NCBI GenBank assembly: GCA_028023455.1 | Contig: JAQFVV010000007.1 | Location: forward strand, 18,042,001-18,106,000 | From: Epiperipatus broadwayi | Taxonomy: Eukaryota > Animalia > Onychophora | DNA length: 64,000 nt | Reading direction: 5' to 3' | Shown here: in pieces, positions 14,328-29,654 of the stretch | How positions within the stretch are numbered: position 1 is the stretch's first letter | Layout: the number at the start of each line of letters is the position of its first letter | Translations under genes and position numbers: made by a program | The notes under the pieces: model-generated | What the model was told of the DNA's origin: nothing | Database searches by the model: none | What the model saw: only the letters and a program-made list of their open reading frames with translations

Positions 14328-14683
14328 TTATTACTAGTAACATATGTAAACAATCACTAATAAATATAACATTCTAACTTGTTTGTGTATAATATTAATG
14401 TCATCTATATTCTTTATTACTTTTACAATGCTTTTTTACAATCCACTAGATAGTTTCGGTTTCCCCAGCAATCTTCTTCAGAACTTCTACTTATATTTCT
14501 TGTTTTTTGGAAATATAAATAGAAGATTCTGAAAAAGATTGCTGGGACAATTGAAACTATCTAGTAGATTGTAAAAAGGCATTGTAAAAAATAATAAAGT
14601 GTATAGATGATATTAATATTATATACAAACAAGTTAGAATGTTATATTTATTAATGATTGTTTACATATGTTACTAATAATAA
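14328..14683. repeat. Foldback element (about 175-bp arms, short loop) with PLE-type HHR-like cores
   Basis: Near-perfect reverse-complement arms; left arm (-) CTGAAGA..CGAAAC, right arm (+) CTGAAAA-AGATTG-CTGGGA-CAATT-GAAAC-TATCTA-GTA. Stem I pairing is not evident. Confidence 0.85.
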
Positions 14684-17600
14684 TGTAAAAAAGCATTGTA
14701 AAAAGTTATAATATTATATTATATGGATTTGGCAATGCAATAAGAAAGATAAAGTTGTTAGTGTATACATTCATTTTTTTAATTTTTAATTATAAACTTT
14801 ACATTCGTATAGTACTTGAAAAATATTTTGAAAATTATGGGTGTAATACAAAATTTTTATTTTTGAATAATAAAGTTGCATTTTTAAAATTTTAACTGTT
14901 TAAAATTAAATATATTAAAAAATAAAATGTTTTAGATAATGAAAAAAAAAAGTTGCTGTAGTTTCTCGAGTTTTATTAAAATTTGATTTTTAAGTATTAC
15001 ATTTTCTGCACTCATAACTTTGGCACTATCTATTTTATATAAGTACACTAATGATGATGATTAATCATTTATTAGGTTAGAAATTATCATTCAAATTGCT
15101 CATTTACAAGAATCAAATTTTCTGTAGTCATAACTTTGAAACCATCCACTTCAAATATATACATTAATGATTATTACTAGTCATTTCTTAAGCTAGAGAT
15201 TATTATACCACTCCTAACCCAGATATAAATTTAAAACTTCATTTAAAGATTAATATACTTGGTTTTTAATTAAACATGAACATATGAAATAATAATCTGA
15301 CATATGTATATATTTTTTAGATATAGTATTTAAAACATCCAATCCATCATACAATCATGAATATATGAATAAAAACATTTGAAAAAGATGAGAGATGTCT
15401 TTATTCATAAGTTTCAGGAATCTGTGTTTGAGTGGATTCTTCAGATATATGTTAAAAAATCTATGGTAATATGTTTTAGTCATAAATAAATATTTTTACT
15501 TGAGATATCAGCAATAATATATTTCATAATTTGACTTTACAAATTTGTTTGAAGCACTTTAAAAAATCACTTATAACATCACCCATAATATTATTCATTA
15601 CAGGATCAATGTTTATTTTATTGATGTAATGATCTCATTAAAGTTTATATGAAATGTTAAATATTGAAATGATTGAAAAGATTGGTTGTAAGAAATAATG
15701 TTGAAGAAAATAAACAATTTTAAATCAATTGTAAAAATTAAAATCCAGAAATTTTTTTTTTTTCTTTTAATCTTAACTAAGAGTAAGGACCAATCTTTGA
15801 CTAAGTAAAAAGATTAATTTGTAAAAACTGTACAATGATGTTTGTGAAATATTTGAAAATAAGATAATTGAATTTTCTATATGAACTACAATGTTATAAA
15901 ACCAACAAAACATCACATACTGAAAGGAGAAGTTTGCTACTATTAATAACAGCTTGTACAAACATAGGAAATGGTGATATTGGAAATATTGGATAAGTAT
16001 GCACTAGATGAGGATTTTATGCACAAACCTTCCTGCATCTATTGATTACTAAAGCCTGCACTGAGTGGCACTACTGTATGGAGGATTTGCTACTATTAAG
16101 AACTATAATATTATTTAATTTTAAAATGCTGAAAATTATACTATAAATTTGTAAAAAACTTATTGTGATCAATAAGAAAATTTGCCTGAATGATGGCTTT
16201 TTAAACAATATATCATATACATTAATACATTACTTCTAAAATTTAAACTAACTTTGGCTAACTTCTACAATTAAAATATATGCTTTTTTTATTTTTATTT
16301 TTAAAATTAAAAATCTATTTAAAAAAACAAATATAATGATGATACATTTTTCTATGCAGTTTAACACAAAGCAAATGAAATATTTTATTGTTTTGTAACT
16401 TTTAAAATAGATGATAGTTTTGACTGACCAATAGACTTCTTCAAACCTATAAAATATATACTGCTTATAAATATCATTACCATAACAAAATTATACATAC
16501 AAAAGTTATTTATATCTATTAAAATAAAAAAGAAACTAATTTATCTAGTTTAATTCAAATCCATTTTTTACATCATTTTTAATTTTAATCTCATTATATT
16601 ACAAGAGTTTAAATAATTAATTTTAATTACCAAATTTTATGTGATGATTTTGTTAGGTAAAATGTAATGTATATTTGTCAAATTAGAAATTTAAAAAAAT
16701 ATGTATTTTTTTAATTTTAAATACTTTCTTAACCATAAAGTACTAAGACATTTTGAATTTTTGTATATTGTGTATTTTTGTATATTTGTATATTCACTGT
16801 TCTCAAATTTTGCTTATTGAATAAATTATTGTTTTAAAAAATATTAAATAAAAAATAAAACAATTAGAAATTCATAATTTCACATGTATGATATTAGTTT
16901 ATATGACTGCAGCCATTTTCTTGTTTTGCATATCTTTAAGTCTAGTCCATTTAGCTTTGCTTCCATAAATCACATGGTTACAGTTGCACCAATAAAAATG
17001 AACTCATTAATTTGCTGCTGTACTTTAAAAAATTGAAATTTTGTTAAAGTCCCCCCCCCAAGAAAAAAAATTGATGGTTGTTGCAATTTTGCCAAACCTA
17101 AAAAGATCTACGAGATGATAAAATTAAAAGTAATTTAGTTTTTTTTTTAAAAGTTGTATACTGAATTTATTTGGATATTCAATAGGATCATTAATTCATT
17201 AAATAGTAAAAATGCTAACATTATTTGTGCTTCTGAAATTTCTCAAATCACATGATCAATATACATGAAGATAGAACCAATGTTAAATTTATGTTTAGAA
17301 GATATGAACAGCTGAGATGAATCAAAATTCTGACAACTTAAAAACTTCACCCAAGTGTTGTATCTTCCATATTTTGTTATCATCATCAATTATTTTCACA
17401 AGAATAAGTAAGATAGTAAGTTTGATTAATTATGAGTTATATTAAGTGAACAAATCCATCTTCATACTCAACTAGATCTTAGTGAACTACATATTGTATA
17501 GTACATATAGTATCTCAAATATTACTCAATCCCTAGGCTCTATAATTATTCATGGTTATATATTTTATCATTTGAATGTTTATGAGCAGAATTTTAAAAT

Positions 17601-18104
17601 GGGTAGAAATAGCTCTGCTCTGTGAATTGAAATATTAACCAATTGAAATTAATTTGGCTAAAATATGATTGATTTTAACTGAATTTATTTTTGGCAATCC
17701 TCTGTATTATACATTAAGATTACAATAAAAGCATTTTTCATTGCCTAAAATTATTGAGCAATGTATCTAGAGAGCAGATTGATCTTATATATCAGCAATG
17801 CTTCAAGAGTATTTTGTGCTACATGTATTAGACACTATAATTTTATTATTCAGTACATGTATATAGTTATCTGAGTTTCTCTCAAGCAAGTATAATTTTT
17901 AGGTAATAATCTTATCCAACTTATTTATATCCAATATTCATAGTAATGGGATATATAACTATTGTTAGCAGAAAAGTAAATAAAGTCTATATAATCTGAA
18001 TAGTCCAGATTAAAAAAAACCCATGATTTTAATGCAATGCAAACCTTACTTATAGGTGAAGGCAATATCTTATACATATAAATGCTGAGTCCATACTTGT
18101 TAAT

Positions 18105-18146
18105 AGTAGTAATAATAACAACAACAGCAGCAACAACAACAACAAC

Positions 18147-18185
<39 letters not shown>
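18105..18185. repeat. Compound (AAC/AAT)n microsatellite
   Basis: Directly visible run aataataacaacaacagcagcaacaac..aataataat. Confidence 0.95.
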
Positions 18186-21100
18186 TTATTTCTTTTATTA
18201 AACAAACTATATATATATATGAGATCAACTGTAAACAAGCGGAACTTGTGTGAAGAGTTATTCATGTTATTATATACTATAAGTCTATGCATTAAACAAC
18301 TAAAAAAAAATTGTACAAAGAAAAAATTTATAAAGATTGATACAAATATAAATTAAAAGTATAAAGAACAGATATAAAAAATAATTTCACACATACACAA
18401 AAAATATTTGCACATTAATCTAGTACAATACATACAAATAATAATAATAATCACCATCATCATCATCAGAAGAGTCATTAAATTTCAAAATAATTACAAA
18501 AAGATATATATACATTAATCATGTGCAAACAAACAGTGAATAAATTTACAAAGACTAATACAAACAAATATATAAATATATGAAATAGCTATCAAAATTT
18601 ATTACAAAAAAATAAAGAGAATATATACACATTAATCATGGGTAATACATACAGTGTTAATACACTAATAAATAAAGAAAACATTTTTTTATATTAAATG
18701 TTTTTATTAAATGTGCACTAAAAAAGTAATTGTTTCTTCAACCCAATTGAGGTTTTTAGATTTAACTTGAAATAAAAGCATGGGGGGGGGGGAAGAGTCC
18801 AGAAATTAGTTAAATTTAAAAGCCCCAATTGTGGTTTGAAGAACTTTTTTTTCTTCTGCTTTTTAGTGCATGGTAAATAAGAGTATTTAATATATGTATC
18901 TCTTACTTATTTTAATTTTTTATTATAGGCATTGTAAATACAATGTAAAATTATATTTTAAATTGACTTGACATTTATAACATATATATATATTTCTGTT
19001 ATAAATTAATATGTATACCTTTATGTATATAGCATATTTAGTATGTATATACAATAATATGTATATAATGAATCACTAAGTGATTAAAAATATGAAAATA
19101 TCCTTTTAAGTAAAAAGTGTTTGATATTTTTGCTTTTGAATGGATATATATTTTTTTTTTTTTAAAAAAAAAGCTTACCAAAACAAAATTGTAAACAAAC
19201 TTCACTTAATACATAAAATTTTACTTTCAATTGATTTGACACTTACAATTTATATATATTACTAGGTATTTTTGCAATAAGTTAATATGTATACTCCTAT
19301 TATATATATCACATTTAGTATGTGTAAATAATTATATATATATGTATAATAAAGCATTAAGTAATTTACTTTTTTGTTGAATTAGATTTTTTTTTATTTG
19401 CAAAAAAAAAATATTTAAAAGAACAGCTTAATAAAACTATATTGTAAACTAACTTTTTATTTTAATTTAAATCAATCTTACAGTTGAAACAAAGAAAATT
19501 GTATGCATTACTTAAAACATATTGAAATTCTAATAACAATTTTTAAATTTGATATCAAAATACTCATAATTTTCCCACCCACTGTTCCAAATCTAAGAAA
19601 TTAACTCACCTACCTAAAATATTATAGTACTTTATTACTTCTCTCCATTTTGAAGTGTTATAACTTTAAATTGAAACCAAAAAAAAGTCTCTACGCCATT
19701 CTCTCATGAACCTTACTTGAAGCATATTTTAATGTTTTAAAAATGAATTGTAAATTTGATATCAAAATATTCAAAATTTATCCACCCACTGGTCCAGATT
19801 TACAAAACTAGATCACCTACCTATGATATTAAACTCTTGTATTGCTTTGCCTAATATTTCTATCTTAGGTACAAAACTTGAACCAATTCTATTAAATTTA
19901 AATCTACTACACATCAATTTTAAAATTTTATTCTATCTTAAATAATAAAAGTGATTACAGTTGTTTACAACATACATATAAACAAATATTGTAACTTAAA
20001 TAAAAGCAATTACAAATAGTTACATGCAATACATTAACCAAAAATTTTCAAACATTTTTTAAATATAGGAAATGAAATATGAGCATTATCTAGTGAATAA
20101 ACAACAACAAAAGAATTAAACAATCTGATACCATTGTAAGTGAATACTTATCAAATTAAAATCTGATAATGGCAATTAAAAGCTTTTGGCTAAGTGAGTA
20201 TTACAATGTACACTTTACAATATAAAAGGTTGAGACAGTGGCATGTACCAATAAGCACTCTATATTTATAAATCTTAATATGACAGTATACAAGAATTAT
20301 CATGCACTGAAATCAATTTGATTTTACCAAAAACAATATGCACAGTATAATTTTGTAAGGTTCATAATGAGGATAGTGTATAAGCAGTTCAACTATCCCA
20401 AATAGAGATATTATGTGACACTACTTTTTGATAAGCAATATACAGTGAAGAAAAATAATACTAATAGTAATAATAATAATGTTGATGATGATAAAAACAA
20501 ACTAGAAGTTTTGTAATGAGCTTATGAACCAATATGTCAAAAAAAAAACATTTGAAATTATACTGTACATGTAAATTCTTTACTTTATAGTTTTATTACT
20601 CATGTGAAATTCAATGTTATAGAATTTTTAGATTAACTTGTCACTTTTTAGTTAGCTTCTAATTTTATTTTATTGAACCTAATAGAATCATATCGATATA
20701 ATGGATTTTTTTTTTACTTTAAAAGAATCATTGTAAAGTTTTAATAATGTATATTTTATGTTTTCAAGCATTATCAACTTTTTAAAAGTTTTTTTCATTA
20801 CTTTAGTGAAACAGTCAAATTTCCCTGATTAAAACAAAAGAGATATTTAAGTCATATGCTGTGTGAAGTTGTGATGAATTATTAAACAGAAAAAAATTTG
20901 TAAAAGATCCTAAAATCTTTTTTATCAATTAACTTTGGGGATTTTGGAGCTCAGGCCTGATAATGGACTGACTTTGGAGGTACACTTTTTGTACAAATGA
21001 TTTTGTGGTCAAAAGCAAAACTTTCTTAAATTTTTGTAATTCCTGAATAATTGGGCAAAAGTTCCAGTTTCTTTTAAAAATCAACCTTGATCCCAAGTTT

Positions 21101-24100
21101 TTGTATGGATACCAAAAATTATACCTATGATTCAATTTAATTTAAAAATTATATACATTAAGACATCCTTAAAAATAATGAACAAAAAATGTAATAATAC
21201 AATTATGAAAAAAAAAAGGTGGAGTATTTGATTTGAAAAGATAAAATCATATTTGAGTATATAAATATATACTACTTTGTACTCAAGTCTAAGTGAATGT
21301 ATATGTGAAAGTGTTGTTTTCAATTATTTTTTTTTGTTTTTAAAAAAAAAAACTTGCTATCATTCTGCTTGTGATAAAAATTGATGATAATGAAATGCAG
21401 ACATTGTCTAAATACTTTTTTAAATGCCTGCTAATTTTTTATCTCTTTATACAGTTTTCTCTTACATATAATAAATGGCCTGGTATCATGTTTTTCAGAG
21501 AGTTCTTTGCTCAAGGCTTTATATAAACTCAACCCTTTTTAATGCAACACATAATTCCTTAATGTTATGATTTACTGGAACATTTTTTCTGTTCATTTCT
21601 TTCACAAACAAGTTTAATGTTTTTTCAGTCTTCATTAAATATGTATCCTGTAGATAAATGTAATTAACAATGTTATTTACTAGCACAGGTTTTATTAGTA
21701 ATTTATAATTAGATGGTAATGAGCCGTGATGTGTACTATTTAATCATATTTACTAGCTCTATGATGTTATAGAGCTGCCTGTATTTTGTAGCGCTAGTAA
21801 TATGATTAAACAGCATGTCACAGCTGATTACTATCTGATTAAGAATCATATGGAAGCCTAAATAATACTAGCACTTTTTTGAGATGGTGGGATTCATTAT
21901 TTTATAAATTGATGCATTATTTCTAATGAATATCATGTTAGCCGTATCATACAACTTTTTTTTTAAAAAAAAAATTGATAATTTTTACATTATAACAAAG
22001 CATTTCATGCTTTATTTTACTGTTATATGCTTTGGTACCATTTTACATAAAATTTTATTATTTTTAATTCTAGCAGAAAAAAGAGCACACTATTTTTGCT
22101 GAGATCATAGCGACAATTTTTTAGTGAGTGCACAGTATTATGTGATTGGGCTAAACAAAAAAAACCCAACTTTCTAAGTTTTTTAAAATATTTTTTCAAA
22201 GCATAGCTATTGGATTCATGAATGCAATGGGCATACTGTAATAATAATTCAAACAGTTTTGCAAACTTTTATTTAGTTAAATTGCCAAAGAACTGTTAAG
22301 CTCATTAGGGGTCACCACTGTCTACTTCAGAAAAGTAAACTAATGGAAGCAGCTGATTCTTGGATTTTTTTTAATGCAGTATTAATCTAATTATGTATGG
22401 GATGTATATAAACAACCTAACATAGATGTATTTTCCATATGTAAATTTGAACTTACTCAATTGTCATATATATCAACTCAGACACTCAAAAGAATAATTA
22501 AAATTCATAATTATCTATTTATATATAATTATATTATGACAATTTGATTTAAAAGTGCTAAACTTTCTACACTCACAACTTTGACACCAATCACTTCAGA
22601 TAAATCTTTTAATGATTATTACTAATCATTTATTAAACTAAAGATTATTCATAGTCCAGTTAGCTAAAGATTAATATAATTAATTTAACATAAATACATA
22701 TTTAAAACGTACTCAAAATATATGAGTAAAGGATTTACTTAAGAAACTGGAGCTAAAAGTGATTATGTAACTTTTTAAATATAAATAAAATAATCCCATA
22801 CAATTAAGTTAACAAATTTATTTTATCCTAAAGATGAATTTGCTAAAATGAAAAGTTGTCCAAAGATATATATACTTTGAATGTCTGACATTGCTTTATC
22901 ATGTGCGAAGATTTTATATTTCTATTGTGCAGGCGTTTTATGGCCAATGCACCAGACCTCATTTAATGGACTCTAAGTGGTCTAGGATTTAATTTATATT
23001 TTCATTAAGAATAACTAGATCGATTTACTGATCATTATTTGATTAGTTGGTTTGAATTGGTTGCCCAAATAACCAAAAACTTATTTGGAGATTTTTCTGT
23101 TTTATTTAGGGCTTGAATAGTTATGTCTAGAACTCTTCAGAAATAAATAAATATATAATTCGTCTACGCTTATAAATTTTAATGAATTTAATTTTAAAAA
23201 GCCTCAGTTAATTTTATTTAAAAGTCCAAGTAAATAAATAAAATCTCTTTAATAATAAAGTTAATCATGTTTTATTTTATAAAATATTGACAATATTTAC
23301 TATTGAAAATGAATTACTGTATTTTCATTACCAGTTTTTGTTAACTAAACAATGTACAATATAATAAATTAATAAACAACTAAAATTGTTATCTAAGATT
23401 ATAAACAATTAAATGAGATTTTAAAAAGTAATTTATTAAAATTTAGTTGCGAATTTAATATTCTAGATTTTTAAACTCGCTAATAAGCTAAATCTTGCAG
23501 AAGTAAATAGTGAAAGGGTTATTTATCTCAAAGAATAACTCTTTACTTACTAATGTTTGAAACTGGAATAAATAAATATATGATATGGAAAAAGTATCCT
23601 TTTTTCTTTAAAAAAAAGAAAATCTTTTATAAAAATGAAACAATTTTGTGTTCTTGAAATAATGTTTTTTCTCCTACATTCTTGCTAAATTTGGTTGTTT
23701 TAGTTTATTTCGTTTTTTATTTTGCCTTTAAAATATTCTAGAATATTTTCTTGAAATTTAATAAACATTTTTAATTAATTAAATGCATTTCTAATTAATT
23801 AAAATTTTTTTTTTAGAGAATAACAATTTTATGAAAGTTATTCCAATTTCCTATAAAAACAAAAATAACAATTATCCAATAAATATAAAACTATTTATAT
23901 TTTTCTTTGCATCAAGCAGTTGCGTGTTTATATATAAGTAGGCCCACCTTATTCATAAAACAGCCTTTATTTATGAATTTGATTTTTCCAGTCATAAATT
24001 TTTAATATTTGGATTTTAAATATGATTATGATTTATCAAAACACTTTTGCGGGGTGATTAATTTATATTGGTTTGTCAATCAAAAAAGCTTTCCAAGGTC

Positions 24101-24670
24101 CTGATTAATATTTTTCCTGATTTAATTTTAGATTTATTTTGTTAAGATTACGCCTTTTAATAAACCGGAAAAAGTATAAGCACAATAAAATCAGATTGCA
24201 GATTTCCATGATATAGTTAATTTCTAAAATAACTCATTACAAAAAGTAAAAATGCAAAATATCTGTATTCTATAATAGAAATTGTAAAATTTTGTTCTAC
24301 TCTTGAACTCCACATTAACACCTCCAAAGGTGTGAATTTAGCTTGACCAATCTATACACACACATATAGAGTTAATCGTGTTATATATATATATACTTTA
24401 TATAAACATTCACCACAGTACACATTATAAACTTTCATTTGCTACTATGAAAATATTTTGCTGTTTACCGTAATGATCTTTCAAAGATGGCAGTTGTTAA
24501 TACTTTGACAAATATGTTTATATAATTGGTATAGTAGTGTTTCTTATTTATAATGAAAAGGATATGAAAAAAAGTAGCAGGAAAACTTGTAAAGTATATA
24601 CATTATCCTATACCAAACCAAATGTAATGTCAAAGCAACCCTATCAGATAAAAAACAGAATCCATCTTTT

Positions 24671-24773
24671 TTTTCCTCATGTGTCATAGCATCAGCCAGA
24701 AAGCGAACCCACTAACCTGGGACAACTGTTTGTAATGCAGCTGTCACTGACCTCTTGTCCACCAATGCGTGAC
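24671..24773 (-). mobile_element. tRNA-Gly-derived short SINE copy with 14-bp TSD
   Basis: TSD AGAATCCATCTTTT at 24657-24670 and 24774-24787; the minus strand reads GTCAC-GCATTGGTGG..GGGTTCGCTTTCTGGCTGATGC-TATGACACATGAGG-A(n). Confidence 0.9.
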
Positions 24774-25439
24774 AGAATCCATCTTTTAGCTACTGATATT
24801 GCCTTGATTACAGATTGGAGATATTATTTGCTTTATTATGCATGAGCTATTATGCCATGAAGTATTGTATATTATTTAAGCTACAGTACATATTGTGCTT
24901 AATCTTATTCTATCTATATTTGTAGTTATAACAGAATTGCAATGACATTTAAAGCAATATAGCTTCAATGTTAAACAATGCGATACAGAATGTGATTGCA
25001 TGCACCATATATAAATACTGATTTTACAAAATACCAGCAGTGGTCTATAAACCCTCTTTTTTAAAACTATTTCTATCAGTGTGTATACTCTTTTTACATT
25101 TTCAGAAGAATATTAATGCATTTAAAAAAAATAATTATGTTTATTGCTTATGTGCAAGTCATTTTTTAATTCGAATTCTTGGAGTATTGCATACAATTTA
25201 TATATATGGCAGCTTTGATGCTGATAATTTATAACCATTCACAACAAAGAAAAACAAAATTAAGTTTTATTCAGTGCATAACTGTAACAATTACTAATAT
25301 TAGAGGAAACTGCATCAAAGTGAAGTTATAAAATACACCTTATAGTCGTTAAAAATTTTTTTTATTGATTGCATTATTTTTATTGAATGTGATCTACACC
25401 ATAGCAAAAATGCAATGCCATTCATTATAATAATCAAAA

Positions 25440-25960
25440 TTCAAAAACAAATCAATTGCCCAACTACATACATCAACATCCAAATGCAGTAATGTGCAAA
25501 GAACAGGAAGCTACCACAAAAACTTTAGTATAACGACAATATTTCTCATTGTAATATTTAATTGAATACGCAGAAGTTTAATATGAGAACTCTTTCTGGA
25601 AGTTGTTATTATGGGTTAACCATAGTAAAAGGAAACTGGAGAGAGTCCATTGTAAATCAATAATTAATGAAAATAGGTCAGTAAGTTGTGGAATGGACAT
25701 CAAAAAATGGCAAACTCTTATTCAAGCTGATCAAAATTCTTATCTGTTGCTTGATTATTTGTTCATATAGTAAATAATATTTGAAGCATATATTTACTAA
25801 GAAAATAAAGCCAATTTCTCAAGACTTTTAATAGGTGGATGATAACATATACAAAATGCAAATGCTGGTGGCTTGATTGCTATTAATAAATAAGAATTAA
25901 ATGTCAAAGTTGCAGGCACATTGTAATAATTCTATTTGTGTAGAAAATTTCTTCTCCTTT
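25440..25960 (+). mobile_element. BovB-like RTE 3' fragment, decayed
   Basis: Broken translation includes SCGMDIKKWQTLIQADQNS, resembling the C.ID...WE.LA.DR motif of BovB-type ends. Confidence 0.45.
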
Positions 25961-28019
25961 CTACTTTTTTTGATTAGGCTAACCTATTGCTTACTTAATT
26001 CCATTTCTTTTTTAACAGGAGATTCTGCATATATCTGTATGTTGTATTTAAGGTTTTCATGGTTATATGATGTAAATGAAATAGTTTTGGGGTTAAACTG
26101 TGCTGTTAGTTTTGATTAATTCCCAACATTTTGATGAAATAGCACCTGCCATTGTCAAGGTTAACTTTTCAAAAAAAATTATTGTATATATATATAGTTA
26201 ACAGTAAAAAAATTAAAGTCTTGACAGTTTGCACTTTATTTATGAAGAATTCTACTGACAGTTTCACTGCAGACTAACAATAAGCAAGATTGCATTGAAA
26301 AAGCTTAAAAAATATCTTTAGATGTACAACATATGTTTAAAAAACTCTGAAATTATGCAAGCTACAGTATTTTCTATAACTTTTAATAGCTGTGAAAGCT
26401 GAATAGGAAGTAGAAAGCTAAATAAAAAAGTCATGCTTGTACTGACAGTTCAAATATTATTTATACAGTGTTGGGGCCTCATCCAATGCTTGCTATCAAT
26501 AATGGACTTGTTTAAGGTCAGGTTCAGTGTACAATATATCCAACTAGTGAAAAAAACAACAATATAAACAAATAGCCAATGGTGTAAATAGGCTATTCAT
26601 GTAATTGGCAGTAAATACAATTGTTTATAGTCAGGTAGAGGAGTCGGCTTTAAACAGTAGTCTATTTGAGAGACTGTCAGACAACAAGACAAAGTTATTG
26701 TATTATGTGTGGAGCTATAATTCATGATAGTAAGGTGCATTGCTCTTTATTTGCTAGAATGCAGTCAGGCATACTCAAGCTTGGATAGACCTTTCACAAG
26801 ATAAGTCAACATAGTTGGAAATGCTAGATTTTCTAAAAAGATCTTACAGCATTTCCTCAACCCACTGATTGTCACTGCTACAACTATGCATGTGCAATTA
26901 CATCAACCAGAATGGATGGTAAATTCTCTTAATTGTAAATATATTATTAATAGACATAGATATAAATAAATGTTATGTTATTTTATTTGTATCTCATTTA
27001 TTTATCAGTCAGAATACATGATTTTCCAAAGCAAAACTTATAAAAATACAACATATAGGCGTCACAAAAATTTATGTCTAATGTAGTGTTACTACTATTA
27101 CTACTAATAGAACTATGACTATTATTATTATTGTAAGAAATATGACTATGATTATTATTGTAATATTGTGAAAGGAATTATATTATTCTTCACACCTGCT
27201 AAAATTGGCACATACTCTCCTGCCAACAATTGTTTTAAAGCAGGCAAAACTCTCCATACAGTAGTGTCACTCGGTGCAAGCTAGAGTAATTGGATTATAA
27301 AACAGCTCGAGCAAGCATAAGAAACGATGATCATGTGATGTTTAGTGGTTTAATTGCTTTAAAACATAGATCCCTCTTCCCATGGATAGAGTTTATTCTT
27401 TAATCAGATTTTGAACCTATTACAAATCTATGGTTTTAAAACAATTATTGACGGGAGAACGCATGCCAATTTTAGCACTTTTGAGGAAGAGTTTCTTCCT
27501 CAATATTACAGATATAGAAATCACTATATTATTAATTTGTTTTGTCTTTTTTCATCTTTGTCTCATGATTTTATTCACTGGAGAGTGATAGCTGGTACTT
27601 GATGGAAAATGCTGAATATATCATGAATGGGGGGGGGGCATACAGATTAAATCTGAACGTTAACTTCTAATTTATTAGAAAAACACTGTGGTCCTAGAAA
27701 AGATTGATGGAAAATATGACCAGGCAACCAGCAATAAATAAAATCATTGAGTCTACCTTTTAAAATAAAGAATATCTCATTAAGAATGTAAAAAAATAAA
27801 CAAGTGATGACATTTATTCATAGGATTATCAGAATTTGAGATAAACATAGTACCTAATAATAATTAGCATTATCCATACACATATTCGTATAACACCAAT
27901 ATTGTTTACAAAAACGAACATATTAAAAAGTATATGAGATTTGTTTAAGACCAAACAATATTAACAAATAAAAAGTTGAAATACAAGCATTTTAAATCAA
28001 TTAGAATTTTTTCTTTTTT

Positions 28020-29060
28020 TTTTTAAAAAAAAATCGAATTAACTAGTAAAACGCACTCGGTAATAAAATTTCAAAGTCGAAACAGAAAGCTAAAACGCAT
28101 TAATTCTACACGTAGAATCTTATAAGTCTATCAAAGCCAATAAAGTATATTGCCTAGGATTACGCGAGGGAGGGTGTATTAACTCAATAGTAGTAACTTA
28201 AAGATAAATTATGTAAATTTTAGTGTCGCGTCTTATTCATTTAAAGCTCCTTAACAACACCTTGCGAATTCGGTCAGCCAACCTAGAGGAAATTGACTTT
28301 TCCTCTTTTATAAAAGGCTCATTAATTTTAAAGATTAATTACTTGAAGTTTTAGTGACGTTGAAAGATAATACTTTTTTTCCTAGATAAGAACTTTTACC
28401 TTTTTTTTTAAAAAAAAAAAAGAAGAAAGAAAATAGAAAAAAATAACTGCTAAAAAAAGTCTTACATAAAACCTTTTTTTTATTAATCCTATAATAAAAT
28501 AAAATAGTGCTTAAGAACGATTATAGTAATCCATATATTAATCCTTGCCAATTTTACATGCTTAAATTTATACCTATAATATATAGTGTTGAATGTTTTT
28601 TAGAAAAATGAGTTGAGGGCGAATAAAAGACTATAGTCAGCTAACCTTTCCTGCCTATCCGAAGACAGTGCTTAATCCATGCAGAACTGTACTGCTCTTG
28701 AGTACGATCATTTGTTTCAAAGAAAAACGATACGAATAATTTTTTTTTTTATTAAGGTAAAAAAAACACACAGGTGACTGATCACCCGCTCTGATGGGCT
28801 GCTGTGCTCCCTTGATGGATTGTTTTTGGGCAGTGCAGATCTGTGCTCGTCCACATTGAGTTAGGTTATACAATCCTTTTGTGGATATGTTATTTATCGA
28901 GCGTATGTACTTTGTTTTTACCTTGTAACATTGAACACTGTAATACGAATAAATTTTGAACCAGCAAAATCGCATAGCTAGATTTTCATTAACTGACCAA
29001 TAAATCATAGTAGACGGTATCTTAGGGTATGTGCTTAGTGCATTCACTTGCTACTTGGTT
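28020..29060. promoter_or_regulatory. CpG-retaining patch, candidate unmethylated promoter or regulatory region
   Basis: Many CG dinucleotides (e.g. ttacgcgaggg, gtgtcgcgtc, tgcgaattcgg) against a CpG-poor background, plus a GC-rich block at 28780-28860. Qualitative reading only. Confidence 0.4.
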
Positions 29061-29654
29061 CGAATCTGGATGATACTTGGAAAAAAATTTCAAGCAACTT
29101 TAGATATACAGTATATAGTTTTGGTTAAATAACAGATAAACAAATTTAGTTTGCTATAGAATTATTATTACTATTATGAGATAGTTCATCTTGGAGGCAG
29201 GTATAGCAACTAGATAGTATCATGCTACTATTAAGAGAGATATGCTGTGTAGCTTTAAAAGCCTATGGCTGGTAATAGATGATTAGGAAGGGGTGCTAAG
29301 GATGTAAAGGAAGTGTATGTTTTATGAAGTATTTCCTTCTTGATTTACTCTTGTATGCAGAAATTAGAGAAAGCATTGAATTATTTTTTGTAAAATTGTG
29401 TAAAGGTAGGTAGAAAATTTGATTAAATTTAGTGGGAAAAAGTTAAAATATAATAATAATAAATATCAACGAAAGAAATATATATATATATTTAAGAAAA
29501 TAAAGGAGATAAATAAAATAAATACTTAATAATCATTTTGAATATCCAAATAATATTATTTGGATGACTGGGTTTTGAAATTGATGATTAACCACCAGTA
29601 AGAGTTATTGGAAATGCACAACCACTAAAACTCAATAAATTTGAATTTGTTTTC

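Noticed and set aside
16895-17030. Protein-like minus frame (HVIYGSKAKWTRLKDMQNKK)
   Set aside because: An overlapping frame reads QQINEFIFIGATVT, like the RTE V.EF.YLG motif, so it is more likely a LINE remnant.
18050-18292. Poly-Leu ORF resembling a signal or transmembrane protein
   Set aside because: It is the translation of the (AAT/AAC)n microsatellite.
20691-20698. DRE core-promoter motif TATCGATA
   Set aside because: A single 8-mer in very AT-rich DNA with no other promoter evidence.
28655-29047. Longest ORF in the track (130 aa, minus strand)
   Set aside because: It runs through an A-tract low-complexity segment and has no recognisable domain; at most part of it could be exonic.
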